A stretch of DNA of 64,000 bases from Elsinoe ampelina (Eukaryota): positions 746,273-810,272 of the forward strand of contig ML992505.1 in the NCBI GenBank assembly GCA_010093995.1. Reading direction: 5' to 3'. Below, one piece after another: positions 62,846-64,000 of this stretch; the stretch's first letter is position 1; every line of letters starts with the position of its first letter. The notes beneath the pieces were generated by a model. The model saw only the letters and a program-made list of their open reading frames with translations, was not told where the DNA came from and made no database searches. The position numbers and the translations under genes are program-made.

Positions 62846-63374
62846 CTTAGTTTGATCCGAGAAGGTTGTTATTAGAGTCTGCTGCAGGGATAATTTGCGT
62901 TTGTTGTGTGTGATGTTGAGCGCATCGCGTGCCCCCTAGCTAGCTCACAACAAAGACATTCGACAGCGGATCTGCTCGACAAGATGATACGAGTCTGTGT
63001 GACGAGTGCGGCGTGGCAATGCGACAGTCCAGACAATGTGGTATCTTCGAATGTTGTCGAGGTTTTCCTCGTGTCTCGTCTCAGTCAATGCACGCGACGT
63101 CATGGGTTTCTGGCATGTGAAGACCGAGGTCGGCGGGGCTAGATTTGTGGCGGCTCTGCGGGATAGTCCGGAGCTAAAAATTGAAGACCGACCAGGACGA
63201 GATCCTGGCTGAAGTAATTGGTGGAGGCAGATGGTCATTCATTCGATATTCTTCTTTCCAGGATCGCAAGAATATCGGCAGTGAGATCTGAAGACTCAGA
63301 AGGATGATCGCAAGGCGGTGACAGGTTTCTTAATCTCATCAACAACTCCAAGGCTACCCGGGCAGGCTTTGAAT

Positions 63375-63760
63375 ATGCCGTCGTCATGCAAGGACATCAG
63401 TAGGCGCAAACCGAGTAGACCTCTTGGGGAATTCCCTGACAGCTTGTAGGAGAGGCGCTTGCGTTATGTCTCCAGAACAGCGACTGCGTGATGGTCGAGC
63501 GAAATAAGCCCTCGGATTGTCTGCGACCACCTCTGGTCGATACCCTACCTACCCAGTGTCAGCAACTGAAGCGAGGATATGGTCAATGCAAGCGCGGCAT
63601 GGTAGACATGCGGAAACGCTTCAGAGGCAACAATCCGGTGTCGACGAGTGTCGAGCTCCAAGCAGGAGAGTCAAAGGGTCAGCTGTATGCAGGAGGAGCC
63701 GCTTTCCCAAAGATCAAAGGCACAGACGGCGACGAGAAGGAGCCTGAGGAGAAGGAATAG
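63375..63760 (+). CDS. PET191: Cytochrome c oxidase assembly factor PET191/COA5; 2 exons
   Basis: Splicing intron 63400-63449 gives MPSSCKDIREALALCLQNSDCV..PSDCL..LPTQCQQLKRGYGQCKRGMVDMRKRFRGN (CX9C motifs). The ORF track misses exon 1. Confidence 0.92.
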
Positions 63761-64000
63761 AGGCGGACATCGAGAACGAATATACCCTGTAAAACAGCTG
63801 TATCATCACTTGGAAGAAAAGGGAAGCAGGAAACTTTTATGCATTCAGATCATGACCAGATCTTCATCTCAACTCATCAGCATTTCCTGTCATTATACCA
63901 CCTCTCCCCATTCGGCCCCGTCATACCAAAGCTCGGGCTCATCCAGTAGTCACTCTCGACATACCAGAAGAGATGCACGCCCTTTAGTCTCTTACTGCAG

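Noticed and set aside
1..64000. CRISPR arrays, rRNA/tRNA genes, telomeric repeats, Starship captain
   Set aside because: None seen by eye; a small tRNA could have been missed.

Overview
Filamentous ascomycete genomic DNA (GT..CTRAC..AG introns, Woronin-body hex-1, RIP), in two parts. 1-~25,800 is an AT-rich, RIP-degraded nest of transposons. A Tc1/mariner relic was invaded by chromoviral Ty3/gypsy element B. B was in turn hit by a Ty1/copia element (in its 3' LTR) and by two copies of a second chromovirus, C. This part has two assembly gaps and a 2.57 kb duplicated overlap. ~25,800-64,000 is ordinary gene-dense DNA: orphan ORFs, an RD/RE-rich protein, FAD monooxygenase, Rap/Rsr1 GTPase, EMC1, SDR, Pth11-like membrane protein, amino-acid permease, catalase, NpgA-type PPTase, HEX-1, an SRA-like/Cys-rich/AlkB fusion, peroxisomal acyl-CoA ligase, F-box protein, lipase and PET191. 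Most interesting: (1) both copies of C carry an antisense ORF that reads, once RIP is reversed, as a Zn2Cys6-spaced finger plus coiled coil; (2) recurrent ~1 kb C-rich-to-G-rich skew switches that cross exons, introns and intergenic DNA; (3) a spliced 165-codon N-terminal extension of HEX-1 that may start at CUG; (4) the SRA-AlkB candidate reader/eraser. All calls come from reading and translating by eye; no database search was run.
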